DNA of 64,000 bases, from assembly GCA_017882445.1 (NCBI GenBank), contig JADGPK010000009.1, forward strand, positions 9,309-73,308, written 5' to 3'. The translations under genes and the position numbers were made by a program. This document shows, piece after piece, positions 48,417 through 59,379 of the stretch. Below the pieces are notes generated by a model, which worked only from the letters and a program-made list of their open reading frames with translations, ran no database searches and was not told the origin of the DNA. Every line of letters begins with the position of its first letter. Position 1 is the first letter of the stretch. The stretch is from Solirubrobacteraceae bacterium. GTDB taxonomy: Bacteria; Actinomycetota; Thermoleophilia; Solirubrobacterales; Solirubrobacteraceae.

Positions 48417-49226
48417 CTACCGAGCCGGGGCGAGGCCCGCCGCCAGTTCGCTCACGAGCGCGCCCACGGCGCCCGCGGGGTCCTCCGCTTCCTCGGCGGC
48501 GCGCACCAGGCGAGTACCGACGATCACGCCGTCGGCGCCCGCGTCGGCGGCCTGACGGGCCTGCTCGGGCGTGGAGATGCCGAAGCCGAGCGCCACCGGC
48601 GCGCTGGTGCTGGCCTTCGCGCGGGCGAGGACCTCGGTGAAGGCGTCGCCCGCCGTGCCACGCTCGCCGGTGGTGCCCACGACGGAGATGGTGTAGAGGA
48701 ATCCCCGCGCCCTCGCTCCGATCGCCGCCAGGCGCTCGGGCGTGGTCGTCGGGGCGACGAGCGGAACGAGCGCCAGGCCGTGCCGGTCGCATGTGTCGAG
48801 AACCTCCGACGCCTCGCCCTGAGGCAGATCGGGAACGATCAGCCCGCACGCACCCGCCCGCTCGACGCGCTCGACGAACGCGTCCACCCCGGGGGCGAAC
48901 ACCATGTTGGCGTAACACATCAGCACCACGGGGACGCTCCCCGCCAGCGCTCGTGCGACCTCGAGCACGCCCGCGACGTTCGCGCCGGCCGCCAGCGCCC
49001 TGGTAGCTGCGGCATGGATCACCGGGCCGTCGGCGAGCGGGTCCGAGTAGGGCATCCCCAGCTCGATCACGTCCGCACCCGCCTGCACGCACGCCTCGCC
49101 GATCCTGACCGACTCATCGAGCGTCGGGAAGCCCCCCATCACATATGGCATCAGCGCGGCGCGCTTGCCGGTGCGCGCGAACGCCTCGGCGATCCGCTCG
49201 ATCCCCGTCGTGCCGACGGTGCTCAT
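48417..49226 (-). CDS. trpA: Tryptophan synthase alpha chain
   Basis: [40 protein letters not shown]. Confidence 0.96.
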   Translation of the reverse strand: MSTVGTTGIERIAEAFARTGKRAALMPYVMGGFPTLDESVRIGEACVQAGADVIELGMPYSDPLADGPVIHAAATRALAAGANVAGVLEVARALAGSVPVVLMCYANMVFAPGVDAFVERVERAGACGLIVPDLPQGEASEVLDTCDRHGLALVPLVAPTTTPERLAAIGARARGFLYTISVVGTTGERGTAGDAFTEVLARAKASTSAPVALGFGISTPEQARQAADAGADGVIVGTRLVRAAEEAEDPAGAVGALVSELAAGLAPAR

Positions 49227-50407
49227 GTCCCGCCCGCGCCGAGCACCTCGGCGAGATCCTTGTCGCCGCGTCCGGACAGGCACAGGAGGTCGAGCTCGCC
49301 CTCGGGCTCGGCGAGCACCCAGGCCAGCGCGTGGGCGGTCTCGAGCGCGGGGATGATCCCCTCCAGGCGCGCCACCTCGCGAAACGCGGCGAGCGCCTGG
49401 GCGTCGGTCACCGCCACATAGCGCGCGCGGCCGGTGTCGCGGAGATATGCGTGCTCGGGTCCCGCGCCGGGGTAGTCCAGGCCGGCGGAGATCGAGTGCG
49501 CCTGGATGATCTGGCCCTCCTCGTCCTGCATGACGGCCGAGCGCGACCCGTGCAGGATCCCGGGACGGCCGCCCACGGTCAGCGGCGCGCCGTGCCGGCT
49601 GGTCTCGATGCCCTCGCCCCCCGCCTCGACGCCGACGAGCTCGACCTGCTCGTCGGGGATGAACGCGGCGAAGATCCCCATCGCGTTCGAGCCGCCCCCC
49701 ACGCACGCGACCACTCGCGAGGGCAGCCTCCCCTCGCGCTCGAGGATCTGCGCGCGGGCCTCGTCGCCGATGATCCGCTGCAGGTCGCGCACGAGCGCGG
49801 GATACGGCGCCGGGCCGACCACGGAGCCGATCACGTAATGCGTGCCCTGCACGTTGGTCACCCAATCTCGGATCGCCGCGGAGGTCGCCTCCTTCAACGT
49901 CCTCGCCCCTGCGTCCACCGGCTGCACGGTCGCGCCGAGCAGTTCCATCCGCTGCACGTTGGGACGCTGGCGGCGCGTGTCCTCGACGCCCATGTAGATG
50001 GTGCACTCCATCCCGAACAGCGCGCACACCGTGGCGGTCGCCACGCCGTGCTGTCCCGCGCCGGTCTCGGCGATGATGCGTCTCTTGCCCATCCTCCTGG
50101 CGAGCAGGACCTGGCCGAGCGCGTTGTTGAGCTTGTGCGACCCGGTGTGGTTGAGGTCCTCGCGCTTGAGGTACACGGGCCGCCCGACCCGCTCGGACAG
50201 CCTGCGCGCCTCATAGAGGGGGGTCGGACGCCCGCCGAAGTCGCGGAGCAGCCCATGCAGCTCCGCGCGGTACCCCTCGTCCTCGCGCGCCGCCGTCCAC
50301 GCCTGCTCTAGCTCCGCCAGCGCGGGCATGAGCGTCTCGGGCACGAACTGCCCGCCGTAGGGTCCGAAGCGGTGCTCTACAGCGAGCTCGTCCGCGCTCG
50401 AGCTCAC
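49223..50407 (-). CDS. trpB: Tryptophan synthase beta chain
   Basis: [42 protein letters not shown]. Confidence 0.98.
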   Translation of the reverse strand: MSSSADELAVEHRFGPYGGQFVPETLMPALAELEQAWTAAREDEGYRAELHGLLRDFGGRPTPLYEARRLSERVGRPVYLKREDLNHTGSHKLNNALGQVLLARRMGKRRIIAETGAGQHGVATATVCALFGMECTIYMGVEDTRRQRPNVQRMELLGATVQPVDAGARTLKEATSAAIRDWVTNVQGTHYVIGSVVGPAPYPALVRDLQRIIGDEARAQILEREGRLPSRVVACVGGGSNAMGIFAAFIPDEQVELVGVEAGGEGIETSRHGAPLTVGGRPGILHGSRSAVMQDEEGQIIQAHSISAGLDYPGAGPEHAYLRDTGRARYVAVTDAQALAAFREVARLEGIIPALETAHALAWVLAEPEGELDLLCLSGRGDKDLAEVLGAGGT

Positions 50408-51147
50408 GCCGGCTGACCGATCGTCGCGCGCTGTTGAGGCTGGCGGATGGCGTCGAAGAACGCGCGGAGCTTCGCCGGATCCTTGTGCCCGGGGGCTGAC
50501 TCGGTACCGCTCGCGGTGTCGAGCGCGTATGGATGCACCGCCGCGATCGCCTCGTTCACGTTCTCGGGGGTCAATCCGCCGCTGAGGATCAGGGGCACCT
50601 TCGACCTGCGCGCCGCCACCAGGCCCCAGTCGAACGTCTCCCCCGTTCCGCCTCGCATGCCCTGCCGCCCGACCGCCCGTGAGCGGGCGTCGAGCAGGTG
50701 GAAGTCCACGTGGAAGCGTTCGAGGTCCTGCACGTCGCTGGAGCCGGACACCTGCGCCGCCTTGATCACCCGCGCGCCCGTCCGGCGGCGCACCTCGGCG
50801 CAGAAGGATGGGCCCTCATCGCCGTGGAGCTGCACCAGACTGAGGTCGAGCTCGTCGCTGCGGCTGACGATCTCCGCCAGGGGAGCGTTCACGAACACCC
50901 CGCAGAGCTCGACGCGCCGGCGCAGACTCGCTGTGATCTCCGCACCCGCAGCGGGCGAGCACCTGCGGGGGCTGCCCTCGTAGAAGATCATCCCCAGCGC
51001 CCATGCACCCAGATCCACCGCCATCTCGGCGTCCTCGAGGTTCGTGATCCCGCATATCTTCACCTGCGCGCAGGAGGGGTCGCGAGCGCCCTTGCCGACC
51101 CCGACCGGGGTGTCGAAGATCTCGGGGGGTTGGGGCACCGCCGCCAT
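50404..51147 (-). CDS. trpF: Phosphoribosylanthranilate isomerase
   Basis: [32 protein letters not shown]. Confidence 0.95.
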   Translation of the reverse strand: MAAVPQPPEIFDTPVGVGKGARDPSCAQVKICGITNLEDAEMAVDLGAWALGMIFYEGSPRRCSPAAGAEITASLRRRVELCGVFVNAPLAEIVSRSDELDLSLVQLHGDEGPSFCAEVRRRTGARVIKAAQVSGSSDVQDLERFHVDFHLLDARSRAVGRQGMRGGTGETFDWGLVAARRSKVPLILSGGLTPENVNEAIAAVHPYALDTASGTESAPGHKDPAKLRAFFDAIRQPQQRATIGQPA

Positions 51148-51182
51148 GCCCCCACGGTAGCGGGGACGCGATCCGGGGGGGT

Positions 51183-52397
51183 CTAGCCTTCGGGCGTGTT
51201 CGGGTTGGGAACCGAGTTCGGGCGCTTCCCGAGCGTGGCGTTCACGGTGATGTGCTTGTAGCCGCCTTTGCCGTCGGCGCGCAGGAGCCCGATGCTGACC
51301 GTGTCGCCCGGTTTCCTGGCCGCGATGTCGTTGGCCACGTCTTCAGCGCCGCCCACCGTCTTGCCGTCGATCGAGACGATGATGTCGCCGCCGACCGCGA
51401 CCTGGCCGTTTTCGGTGTTCGTGGTGACCGCTCCACCGTGGATCCCCGCCTTGGCGGCAGCCGTACCAGGCTCGACGCTCTGCACCAGCGCGCCGCTGTG
51501 CACGGGCAGGTTGAGGGCCGACAGGTTCCCGTCGATCGTGAGCGAGGTCAGGCCGAGGTAGGCGCCGCGCACCGTGCCGCCTTTCTCCAGCTGCGCGATC
51601 TCGGACTTGGCCGTGTTGATCGGGACCGCGAAGCCGATGCCGACGCTGCCGCCGCTGGCGCCGCCGCTCACGATCTGGGAGTTGATGCCTATCACGCGCC
51701 CTGCGGCGTCGAGCAGGGGTCCGCCCGAGTTCCCCGGGTTGATCGGAGCGTCGGTCTGCAGCACGTTGTTGATCGCGAAGCCGTTCGGCGCGGTGATCTC
51801 GCGTTGCAGCGCCGAGACCACACCGGTCGTGAGCGTGCGTTCGAGGTCGAAGGGATTGCCGATCGCATACACCGGATCGCCCACCTGCGCGGCGCTCGAA
51901 TCTCCTAGCGTCAGCGGATGCAGAGTCAGGCCATCGGTTGGGATGCGCAGCACGGCGAGGTCGTTGGAGGGATCCTTGCCGACCACCTGGGCTTCTACGG
52001 TCTTGCCTTTTTCGAAGCTGACGGTGACCTTGATGGCGTTCTCGACGACGTGGTAGTTGGTGAGGATCGTGCCGTTGCTGGAGATCACGATGCCCGATCC
52101 GGTCGCCTTGCCCTGGCGCTGGCTTTCGCCACCGAAGAGGTTGAACGGCGATTCGGTCTTCTGCACGATCGTGGAGGTCACGAACGCCACTCCCGGCGCG
52201 TCGCGGACGTAGATTTCGTGCGGGCTCAGCAGCCCCCGGCTCTGCTGCGAGGCGTTGGTCGGCGCCGCTGGAGCCGCCAAGACGCTGGTCACGGTCGTCT
52301 GCTTGTTGTCCAGCCCACCGAACGCGGCGATCACGGCGACGACGACCGCGCCGCCGATCAGGGCCGAGAGGAACGGAATGACGAACATGCGCTTCAT
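51183..52397 (-). CDS. HtrA/DegP-family serine protease with PDZ domain
   Basis: N-terminal TM, GSG...TNYHVV, DLAVL, QTDAPINPGNSGGPL, C-terminal PDZ. Confidence 0.92.
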   Translation of the reverse strand: MKRMFVIPFLSALIGGAVVVAVIAAFGGLDNKQTTVTSVLAAPAAPTNASQQSRGLLSPHEIYVRDAPGVAFVTSTIVQKTESPFNLFGGESQRQGKATGSGIVISSNGTILTNYHVVENAIKVTVSFEKGKTVEAQVVGKDPSNDLAVLRIPTDGLTLHPLTLGDSSAAQVGDPVYAIGNPFDLERTLTTGVVSALQREITAPNGFAINNVLQTDAPINPGNSGGPLLDAAGRVIGINSQIVSGGASGGSVGIGFAVPINTAKSEIAQLEKGGTVRGAYLGLTSLTIDGNLSALNLPVHSGALVQSVEPGTAAAKAGIHGGAVTTNTENGQVAVGGDIIVSIDGKTVGGAEDVANDIAARKPGDTVSIGLLRADGKGGYKHITVNATLGKRPNSVPNPNTPEG

Positions 52398-52432
52398 TGC
52401 GCGAGACGATGACCGGCCGGTGTGAAGGCCAT

Positions 52433-53248
52433 CTAAATGTCTTCACACGTTCGTCCTAAAGATGTCAGCTCCCGCACAGCGGCGGCGGGATCGGCCGAAC
52501 GCATCAGAGCCTCGCCGACCAGAACGGCGTGGACGCCGCGATCCTCGAGCCTGCGCAGCTGATCGACGGAGACGATGCCCGACTCGGAGACCACCGTGAC
52601 GCCCCGCGGTACGTGACCCATCAGCCGTTCGGTGCGCTGGACGTCCAAGCTGAAATCCGTCAGGTCGCGGTTGTTGATCCCGATGATCTCCGCGCCGGTC
52701 TCGAGCGCGCGCTCCAGCTCGCTTCGGTCGTGGACCTCGACGAGCACGTCGAGCCCCAACGCTCGCGCGGAGCCGTGCAGCGAGATGAGGTCTGCGATCC
52801 CCAACGCCGCGACGATCAGCAGCACGGCATCCGCTCCGGCGGCTCGCGCCTCGTCCAGCTGGTAGGGGTCGACGATGAAGTCCTTGCGCAGCAACGGCAG
52901 ACCGCACGCCGTGCGCGCGGCGCGAAGATCCTGAAGCGCACCACCGAAGTTGGGCCCCTCGGTGAGGACCGAGATGGCGACCGCCCCGCCGTCCTCATAG
53001 GCATGCACGATCTCGGCCAGGTCCGGTCGCTCGTGCAATGGGCCCGCGGAGGGAGAACGGCGCTTGAACTCTGCGATCACGCCGATGCCGCGGGTTCGCA
53101 GGGCGTCCTTGAAGCGTCTCGTGCCGGGTGCGTGCGGGCGATCTCCGATCGGTGTCGGCTCGAGCGGGACGTCGCGCTTGCGACGCTCGACCTCCTGACG
53201 TGTTTCGGCCAGGATTCGGTCGAGCACGCTGGATGTGCTCGCGCTCAT
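52433..53248 (-). CDS. trpC: Indole-3-glycerol phosphate synthase
   Basis: IAEFKRRSPS, SVLTE, LRKDF, GINNRDL, SESGI. Confidence 0.96.
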   Translation of the reverse strand: MSASTSSVLDRILAETRQEVERRKRDVPLEPTPIGDRPHAPGTRRFKDALRTRGIGVIAEFKRRSPSAGPLHERPDLAEIVHAYEDGGAVAISVLTEGPNFGGALQDLRAARTACGLPLLRKDFIVDPYQLDEARAAGADAVLLIVAALGIADLISLHGSARALGLDVLVEVHDRSELERALETGAEIIGINNRDLTDFSLDVQRTERLMGHVPRGVTVVSESGIVSVDQLRRLEDRGVHAVLVGEALMRSADPAAAVRELTSLGRTCEDI

Positions 53249-54315
53249 CCTGGCTCCCCCGCCGGCGCGTGCCTTCGCGTCGCCTCCACGTAGCGCTCGA
53301 GCGCCTCCCCGGCACGTCCCTCGGCGATCGCCGCGCGCGCGGCCTGCACGCCATCGGCGATCGTGTCGACGCGTCCGGCCGCGTAGATCGCCGCCCCGGC
53401 GTTGATCACCGCCAGATCCTCGCCGACCGGCCGACCGGCGAGCGCGGGGCTCCCCTGCAGGATCGCGCGGGTGACGGCGGCGTTCTGATCGGGAGTTCCC
53501 CCGCCCGCACCCTCGCCGTCTGTGGCTGCGCCGTCGGACTCTATGCCGACATCCCGCGGCAGCAGAACGTATGTGCTGATCTCCTGGCCGTTGACCTCGA
53601 CCACGTTGGTGGGCGCGCTCGCGGAGACCTCGTCGAGGCCATCCTCGCTGGCGACCACCAGAGCGCGGTCGACCCCAAGCTGCGCGAGCGCCCCCGCCAT
53701 CGTCTCCAGGAACCGCACGTCGGACACGCCGATCAGCTGGCGCCGTGCGCCCGCCGGGTTCGTCAGCGGACCGAGCAGGTTGAAGATCGTACGCACTGCG
53801 AGCTCGCGTCTGACGGGCACGACGAAGCGGGTGGCCTGGTGGTAGTTGGGCGCGAACATGAAGCCGAAGCCGGCCTCCTGCACGCACGCCGCCACGCCGG
53901 CGGGATCCAGGTCGATGCGGGCGCCCAGGGCCTCGAGCAGATCGGCCGACCCCGACCTGCTCGTGGCAGAGCGATTACCGTGCTTGGCCACGGCGCACCC
54001 GGCGCCTGCGGCGATCAGGGCGGCCGTCGTGGAGACGTTGAAAGAGCCGCTTCCGCCCCCCGTGCCGGCGGTGTCGAGCAGGTCGTCGCTGTCGATCGGC
54101 ACGCGGACGGCGAGCGCTCGCATCGTGCGGGCGAGCCCGGCCAGCTCCGCGACGGTCTCCCCCTTCGTCCGCAGGGCGATCAGGAACCCCGCGATCTGCG
54201 TTTCGGAGGCCTCGCCGCGCATGATCTCGGCGAGCACCTCCGCGGTCTGCTCCGCGCTGAGGTCCCTCCGCGCCGCGAGCGCGTCGATCGCGCGTGTCAG
54301 GATCGGGTTTGGCAT
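53245..54315 (-). CDS. trpD: Anthranilate phosphoribosyltransferase
   Basis: DTAGTGG, NVST, KHGNRS, RTIFNLLGPLTNP, DGLDE. Confidence 0.96.
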   Translation of the reverse strand: MPNPILTRAIDALAARRDLSAEQTAEVLAEIMRGEASETQIAGFLIALRTKGETVAELAGLARTMRALAVRVPIDSDDLLDTAGTGGGSGSFNVSTTAALIAAGAGCAVAKHGNRSATSRSGSADLLEALGARIDLDPAGVAACVQEAGFGFMFAPNYHQATRFVVPVRRELAVRTIFNLLGPLTNPAGARRQLIGVSDVRFLETMAGALAQLGVDRALVVASEDGLDEVSASAPTNVVEVNGQEISTYVLLPRDVGIESDGAATDGEGAGGGTPDQNAAVTRAILQGSPALAGRPVGEDLAVINAGAAIYAAGRVDTIADGVQAARAAIAEGRAGEALERYVEATRRHAPAGEPG

Positions 54316-54353
54316 CCGCTGAGAATCATCTCGTACCGGCCGCCGGCCACCCT

Positions 54354-54917
54354 CTACCCCATCTCCAGGAAGTTGGCGAGCAGCTCACGGCCCTGCTCGG
54401 TGAGCACGGACTCCGGGTGGAACTGGACCCCCTCGGCAGGCAGCTCGCGGTGACGCAGCCCCATCAGCAGGCCTCCGCCGCGCGCGGACTCCTCCAGGCA
54501 GTCGGGCAGATCCGCGTCGACCACCAGCGAGTGATAGCGCCCGACGGTCAGCGGACAAGACAGCCCGCGGAAGATCGTGCGCCCGTCGTGTTCGATCGTC
54601 GTGGCCTTCCCGTGCACCGGCGGATTGAGCCTCACGCGCCCTCCGAACGCCTGCGCGAGCGCCTGATGACCGAGGCACACGCCGAGCGTGGGGATCCCCG
54701 CCTCGGGCATCCTGCGGACCACCTCCAGGGTGATCCCGGCCTGATCGGGCGTGCACGGACCCGGAGAGACCACGCACCGCTCGAAACCGCCGGCGAGCAG
54801 CTCATCGACGCTCGCGCGGTCGTTGCGAACGGTGTCCACCTCCGCGCCGAGCTCCCCGAGATACTGGACGAGGTTGTAGGTGAAGGAGTCGTAGTTGTCG
54901 ACAACCAGGACTCTCAT
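54354..54917 (-). CDS. trpG: Anthranilate synthase component II (glutamine amidotransferase)
   Basis: DNYDSFTYNL, SPGP, GVCLGHQ, RYHSL, QFHPES. Confidence 0.93.
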   Translation of the reverse strand: MRVLVVDNYDSFTYNLVQYLGELGAEVDTVRNDRASVDELLAGGFERCVVSPGPCTPDQAGITLEVVRRMPEAGIPTLGVCLGHQALAQAFGGRVRLNPPVHGKATTIEHDGRTIFRGLSCPLTVGRYHSLVVDADLPDCLEESARGGGLLMGLRHRELPAEGVQFHPESVLTEQGRELLANFLEMG

Positions 54918-56473
54918 GACCAGTCCGGCTGTTCGCACGCAAGCGCAATGGCCCGCATCGCGGCCTGCGCCTTGGCCACGGACTCCTCGTACTCATAGGC
55001 AGGCTTGGCGTCAGCGACGGTGCCGCCACCGGCCTGCACGTGGGCGACCCCGTCCTTGACGACGACCGTGCGGATGTGGATCGCCGTGTCGAGATCGCCG
55101 GCATAGCTGAGATAGCCGACGGCGCCTCCGTAGCCGCCCCGCTTGACAGGCTCGAGCTCGTCGATGATCTGCATGGCTCGAACCTTCGGCGCGCCCGAGA
55201 GCGTGCCGGCCGGGAGAACGGAGCGCAGCGCGTCCATCGCGCCGACCCCCTCCCGCAGCGTTCCCGACACCGATGAGACGATGTGCATGACGTGGCTGTA
55301 GGACTCGATCTCCATCAGCTCGTCCACCTCGACACTCCCGTACTCGCATACGCGGCCCAGATCGTTGCGGCCGAGGTCGACGAGCATCACGTGCTCGGCC
55401 CGCTCCTTCTCGTCGGCAAGCAGCTCCGCCGCGATCCGCCGGTCCTCCTCGGGATTCGCTCCGCGCGGGCGCGTTCCGGCGATCGGCTTGGTCGCGACGT
55501 GGCGTCCGCTGACGGTCAACAGCGGCTCCGGGCTGGCTCCGGCGACCTGAAAGTCGCCAAAGTCCAGAAAGTACATATACGGGCTCGGGTTGACCGCCCG
55601 CAGGCCGCGGTAGATCGAGAAGGCCTCAACCGGCACCGGCGCGGACCAGCGCTGCGAGGGCACGACCTGGAAGACGTCCCCGGCATATATGTACTGCACG
55701 ATCCGCTCCACCACGCCTTCGAACCGCTCGCGCCCCATGTTCGACTGAAACTCGGGGACCGCGCGCGCGCCCGCCGGGTTCGGATCGCCGCGCGGGACCG
55801 GACCGGCGAGCACGCACCGCACCGCCTCGATGGTGCGCGCGGCGGCCTCATAGGCGCGCTCGACGTCGGGGTCGGCGTCGAGGTCCGCGTTGGCGAGGAT
55901 CCTCACCGTGTGCTTGAGGTGGTCGAAGATGACGAGCGCGTCGGAGAGCATCAACGCCATGTCCGGGAGTCCGAGAGGGTCCGGTGGAGGAGCCTCCAGC
56001 GGCTCTATCGCGCGCACGAGGTCATAGCCGAAGAAGCCCACCGCGCCGCCGGTGAACGGAGGCGCGTCGTCCATCGGAGCCTGATCGAAGCGCTCGACAT
56101 GCTCGGCGGCCAGGGCGTAGGGGTCACCGCCGTCCGCGAGCGACCAGCGCAGCACCGCGCGAGGCCGGAAGCCGATGAACGACCAGCGCCCCACCCGCTG
56201 ACCCTGATCGGCTGACTCGAGCAGGAATGCCGGCTCCCCCGGCGCCAGTGCGCGCAGCTTCAGAAAGGCCGACACGGGCGTCTCGCAGTCCTCTATGTAG
56301 CTGTAGCTCAGCGGGATCAGGTTGTGCGAGCGCGACAGCGCTCGCACGCGCTCGAGGCTCGGCTCGACGCTCGCACCGGACGCGCGCGCATGTGGCCCGT
56401 CGCCCTCCTCGCCGGGCCCGGTGCTCACCCGATCGCGGGGAGATGCGCCTGAGGCCTTAGGAGCGGCGGCCAT
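54914..56473 (-). CDS. trpE: Anthranilate synthase component I
   Basis: [38 protein letters not shown] at 56473 overlaps the hisIE end. Confidence 0.94.
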   Translation of the reverse strand: MAAAPKASGASPRDRVSTGPGEEGDGPHARASGASVEPSLERVRALSRSHNLIPLSYSYIEDCETPVSAFLKLRALAPGEPAFLLESADQGQRVGRWSFIGFRPRAVLRWSLADGGDPYALAAEHVERFDQAPMDDAPPFTGGAVGFFGYDLVRAIEPLEAPPPDPLGLPDMALMLSDALVIFDHLKHTVRILANADLDADPDVERAYEAAARTIEAVRCVLAGPVPRGDPNPAGARAVPEFQSNMGRERFEGVVERIVQYIYAGDVFQVVPSQRWSAPVPVEAFSIYRGLRAVNPSPYMYFLDFGDFQVAGASPEPLLTVSGRHVATKPIAGTRPRGANPEEDRRIAAELLADEKERAEHVMLVDLGRNDLGRVCEYGSVEVDELMEIESYSHVMHIVSSVSGTLREGVGAMDALRSVLPAGTLSGAPKVRAMQIIDELEPVKRGGYGGAVGYLSYAGDLDTAIHIRTVVVKDGVAHVQAGGGTVADAKPAYEYEESVAKAQAAMRAIALACEQPDWS

Positions 56474-57083
56474 CGAGCACCCGCTCAGCGTCCGTGAGCG
56501 AGCGTCCCCGGCTTCGCAGCAGCACGAGCAGGTGGTAGAGCACGTCGGCCGCCTCTTCGTCGACGCGCTCATCGGACTCCTCGTGCGCGGCGCGCACCAC
56601 CTCCTCGGCCTCCTCCAGCACCTTCTCGCCGATTCGGCTGGGATCGTCGAGCAGTTCCACCGTGTAGGAGCCCTCAGGGCGCGCCTGCGCACGCTCGCCC
56701 AGCGTGCGCTCGAGCGCGGGGAGCGTCTCGCTGGGAGCGCCCGGGTGAAGCTCGCCGCGGTGAAAGCAGGTTCGCTCGCCCGTGTGGCAGGCGGGTCCCG
56801 CCGGCTCCACCAGGGCCAGCACGGTGTCGCCGTCGCAGTCCAGCCGCAGCGCACGCACCGTCTGCACGTTTCCGCTGGTCGCGCCCTTGTGCCACTGCTC
56901 GCCCCGCGAGCGACTCCACAGGTGAAGCTCGCGCGTGTCACGCGTGAGCCGCAGCGCCTGCTCGTTCATGTAGGCGAGCATCAGGACCTCGCCCGTGTTC
57001 CAATCCTGCACCACGCACGGAACGAGACCCTCGGGGTCGTATGCGATCTCCCCGTCGATGGGGTCGCGATCTCCTGGACTCAT
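56457..57083 (-). CDS. hisIE: Bifunctional phosphoribosyl-AMP cyclohydrolase / phosphoribosyl-ATP pyrophosphatase
   Basis: [40 protein letters not shown]. Confidence 0.95.
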   Translation of the reverse strand: MSPGDRDPIDGEIAYDPEGLVPCVVQDWNTGEVLMLAYMNEQALRLTRDTRELHLWSRSRGEQWHKGATSGNVQTVRALRLDCDGDTVLALVEPAGPACHTGERTCFHRGELHPGAPSETLPALERTLGERAQARPEGSYTVELLDDPSRIGEKVLEEAEEVVRAAHEESDERVDEEAADVLYHLLVLLRSRGRSLTDAERVLDGRRS

Positions 57084-57139
57084 CGCAACGATTGTAGGTA
57101 CAGCCGGACGCTCGCGGTTTGAGCCACACTCCCACGACC

Positions 57140-58069
57140 ATGCAACCGCTGCTCGACCGCAAGCTGCTCTTCATCACCGGCAAGGGCGGCGTGGGCAAGA
57201 CGACGATCGCCGCGGCGGTCGGCCTGCTGGCAGCGCGCACGGGGCGCCGCACGATCGTGGTGGAGGTGGGCGATCAGAGCCGTCTGACGGGCCTGTTCGA
57301 CATCCCCTCCCCACCGCCGGGCGTGGAGACCGAGCTCGAGGAGGGCCTTTCGAGCATCTCGATCGACCCGGATCGAGCGCTGCTGGAGTGGCTGCAGGCC
57401 CTCGGTGGGCGCGTCTCGGGTCGGGTGCTGGCCTCCAGCGGCACCTTCCAGTACTTCGCCGCGGCGGCGCCCGGGGCCAAGGAGCTCGTGAGCATGGTGA
57501 AGATCTGGCAGCTCACCCGGGGCGGTCGGCGACGCTCGCCCAGCCATGACCTCGTGGTCATCGACGCACCGGCGACCGGCCACGCCCTGGGGATGCTGCG
57601 CTCGCCGCAGACCTTCGGCGCGATAGCGCGCGTCGGTCCGATCGCCGGGCAGACGCGACAGGTACGCGACCTGCTCGAGGACCCCGCCCGCACCGCCTAC
57701 CTGGCGGTTGCGCTTGCGACCGAGATGGCGGTCACGGAGGCGCTCGAGCTGCAGGAGGGCCTGCGGCTTCAGCTTGGCAGGAGCCTTGAGGCGGTGATCG
57801 TCAACGGTCTGCTTCCCAGGCGGTTCTCCGCGGCGGACATGCAGCTGATCGCGACGCTCGGCGAGAAGGCTGCGCAGGCGGACGGCGTGGCGGCGTCAGC
57901 AGCCCGGGCGGCGCGCACCGTGCACGAGCGATCGCGCCGGCAGCACAACCAGGTCGCGCGTCTTCGCAGACGCAGCTTCGAGGTCCTTGGCGTGCCGTTC
58001 GTCTGGGGTGCCCGCCTCGATCTGGCAGCGGTGAGGGCCATCTCCGAGCGGCTCGACCGCAAGCTCTGA
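57140..58069 (+). CDS. ArsA/GET3-family (anion-transporting-like) ATPase, single domain
   Basis: GKGGVGKTT deviant Walker A, DAPATGH switch, EMAVTE, IVN. Confidence 0.85.
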   Translation: MQPLLDRKLLFITGKGGVGKTTIAAAVGLLAARTGRRTIVVEVGDQSRLTGLFDIPSPPPGVETELEEGLSSISIDPDRALLEWLQALGGRVSGRVLASSGTFQYFAAAAPGAKELVSMVKIWQLTRGGRRRSPSHDLVVIDAPATGHALGMLRSPQTFGAIARVGPIAGQTRQVRDLLEDPARTAYLAVALATEMAVTEALELQEGLRLQLGRSLEAVIVNGLLPRRFSAADMQLIATLGEKAAQADGVAASAARAARTVHERSRRQHNQVARLRRRSFEVLGVPFVWGARLDLAAVRAISERLDRKL

Positions 58070-58090
58070 GCGACGAGGTCCGCCTCCCGC

Positions 58091-58972
58091 CTAGGTGATG
58101 CCGAGGCGATCGAGCAGGCCTTCATCGGCGCGCCAGTCGCGGCGCACCCGCACCGACAGGTCGAGATGGACCTGGCAGGCGAGCACGCGCTGCAGCTCGC
58201 GGCGAGCGGCGGTGCCGATCGCCTTGATCATTCTTCCGTGCGCGCCGATCAGTATCCCCTTCTGAGACTCGCTCTCGACCCAGATCAGCGCCCTCACCCG
58301 CGCGAGGCCCTCGCGCGGAAATTCGATCTCTTCGACCACGACCTCGACCGCGTGTGGGACCTCCTGGAAGGTACGTCGGATGACCGCCTCGCGGATGAGC
58401 TCCGCGAGCAGCACCTCGCGCGATTGATCGGAGGACGCGTCGGGCGCGAACATGAACGGCCCCTCGGGCATCAGCGCGACCAGGTGCTCGACGAGCTCGC
58501 TCATGCCCGTTCCCTTGCGTGCGGAGATCGGAAACACCTCCGCGTCGAGCTCCAGTTCGGCGGCCTGAGCGAGGACCGCCATCAGCGGCGCGCGGGCGAG
58601 GCGGTCGACCTTGTTGACGGCGATCGTCACCGGCGTGTTCGCGCTGGCGAGCGTCGCGGCGATGAAACGGTCGCCGGGCCCGACGCCCTGCTCGCCGTTG
58701 AGCATCAGGAGCGCGGCATCGGAGCCCTCGAGCTCTTGCTGCACGCGCCGCGCCATCCGCGTGGTGAGCGCGTCGCGTGGACGCTGCACCCCGGGCAGGT
58801 CAACCAGGACGATCTGGCAGTCCCCGCTTCGATGGATCCCCCTGATCGCCCGCCTGGTGGTCTGCGGCCGGTCGGAGACGATCGCGACCTTCTCCCCCAC
58901 GACGGCGTTGACGAAGGTGGACTTGCCGACGTTGGGTCTGCCGGCCAGGGCCACGAAGCCGCCGCGGGTCAT
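58091..58972 (-). CDS. era: GTPase Era
   Basis: [24 protein letters not shown] domain SQKGILIG. Confidence 0.96.
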   Translation of the reverse strand: MTRGGFVALAGRPNVGKSTFVNAVVGEKVAIVSDRPQTTRRAIRGIHRSGDCQIVLVDLPGVQRPRDALTTRMARRVQQELEGSDAALLMLNGEQGVGPGDRFIAATLASANTPVTIAVNKVDRLARAPLMAVLAQAAELELDAEVFPISARKGTGMSELVEHLVALMPEGPFMFAPDASSDQSREVLLAELIREAVIRRTFQEVPHAVEVVVEEIEFPREGLARVRALIWVESESQKGILIGAHGRMIKAIGTAARRELQRVLACQVHLDLSVRVRRDWRADEGLLDRLGIT

Positions 58973-59373
58973 CGCGCGCCACGAATGAGCAGCTCATGCT
59001 GGAGCTCGAGCATCTCACCGTCGTCGAGCTCGTGATCCATGCCCAGCAGGTGGAGCATCCCGTGGACGATCGCCTCGCGCAGATCCTCGGTGTGCTCGGG
59101 ACAGATCACGATGTCTCCCAGCTCGCGTGGAACCGACTCCTCTCGCGTCGGCTCGACGCCGTCGATCGGAAACGACAGCACGTCGGTCGGGTTGGGCTTC
59201 CCACGGTGCTCCGCGTTGAGCCGCTCTATCCGCTGCGCATCGACGAACTCGATCGCGACATGCCCGTCGGCTATGCCCCTGCGGGCGGCCGCCCGGGCGC
59301 ACAGGCGCCGCATCTCGGCCGCCGACGGCGCACGCGGGGCGAGGGTGGCGCCGAGGACCTCGACCTCGATCAT
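58969..59373 (-). CDS. ybeY: rRNA maturation endoribonuclease YbeY
   Basis: PTDVLSFP, LGDIVIC, HGMLHLLGMDH. Confidence 0.93.
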   Translation of the reverse strand: MIEVEVLGATLAPRAPSAAEMRRLCARAAARRGIADGHVAIEFVDAQRIERLNAEHRGKPNPTDVLSFPIDGVEPTREESVPRELGDIVICPEHTEDLREAIVHGMLHLLGMDHELDDGEMLELQHELLIRGAR

Positions 59374-59379
59374 CGAAGC

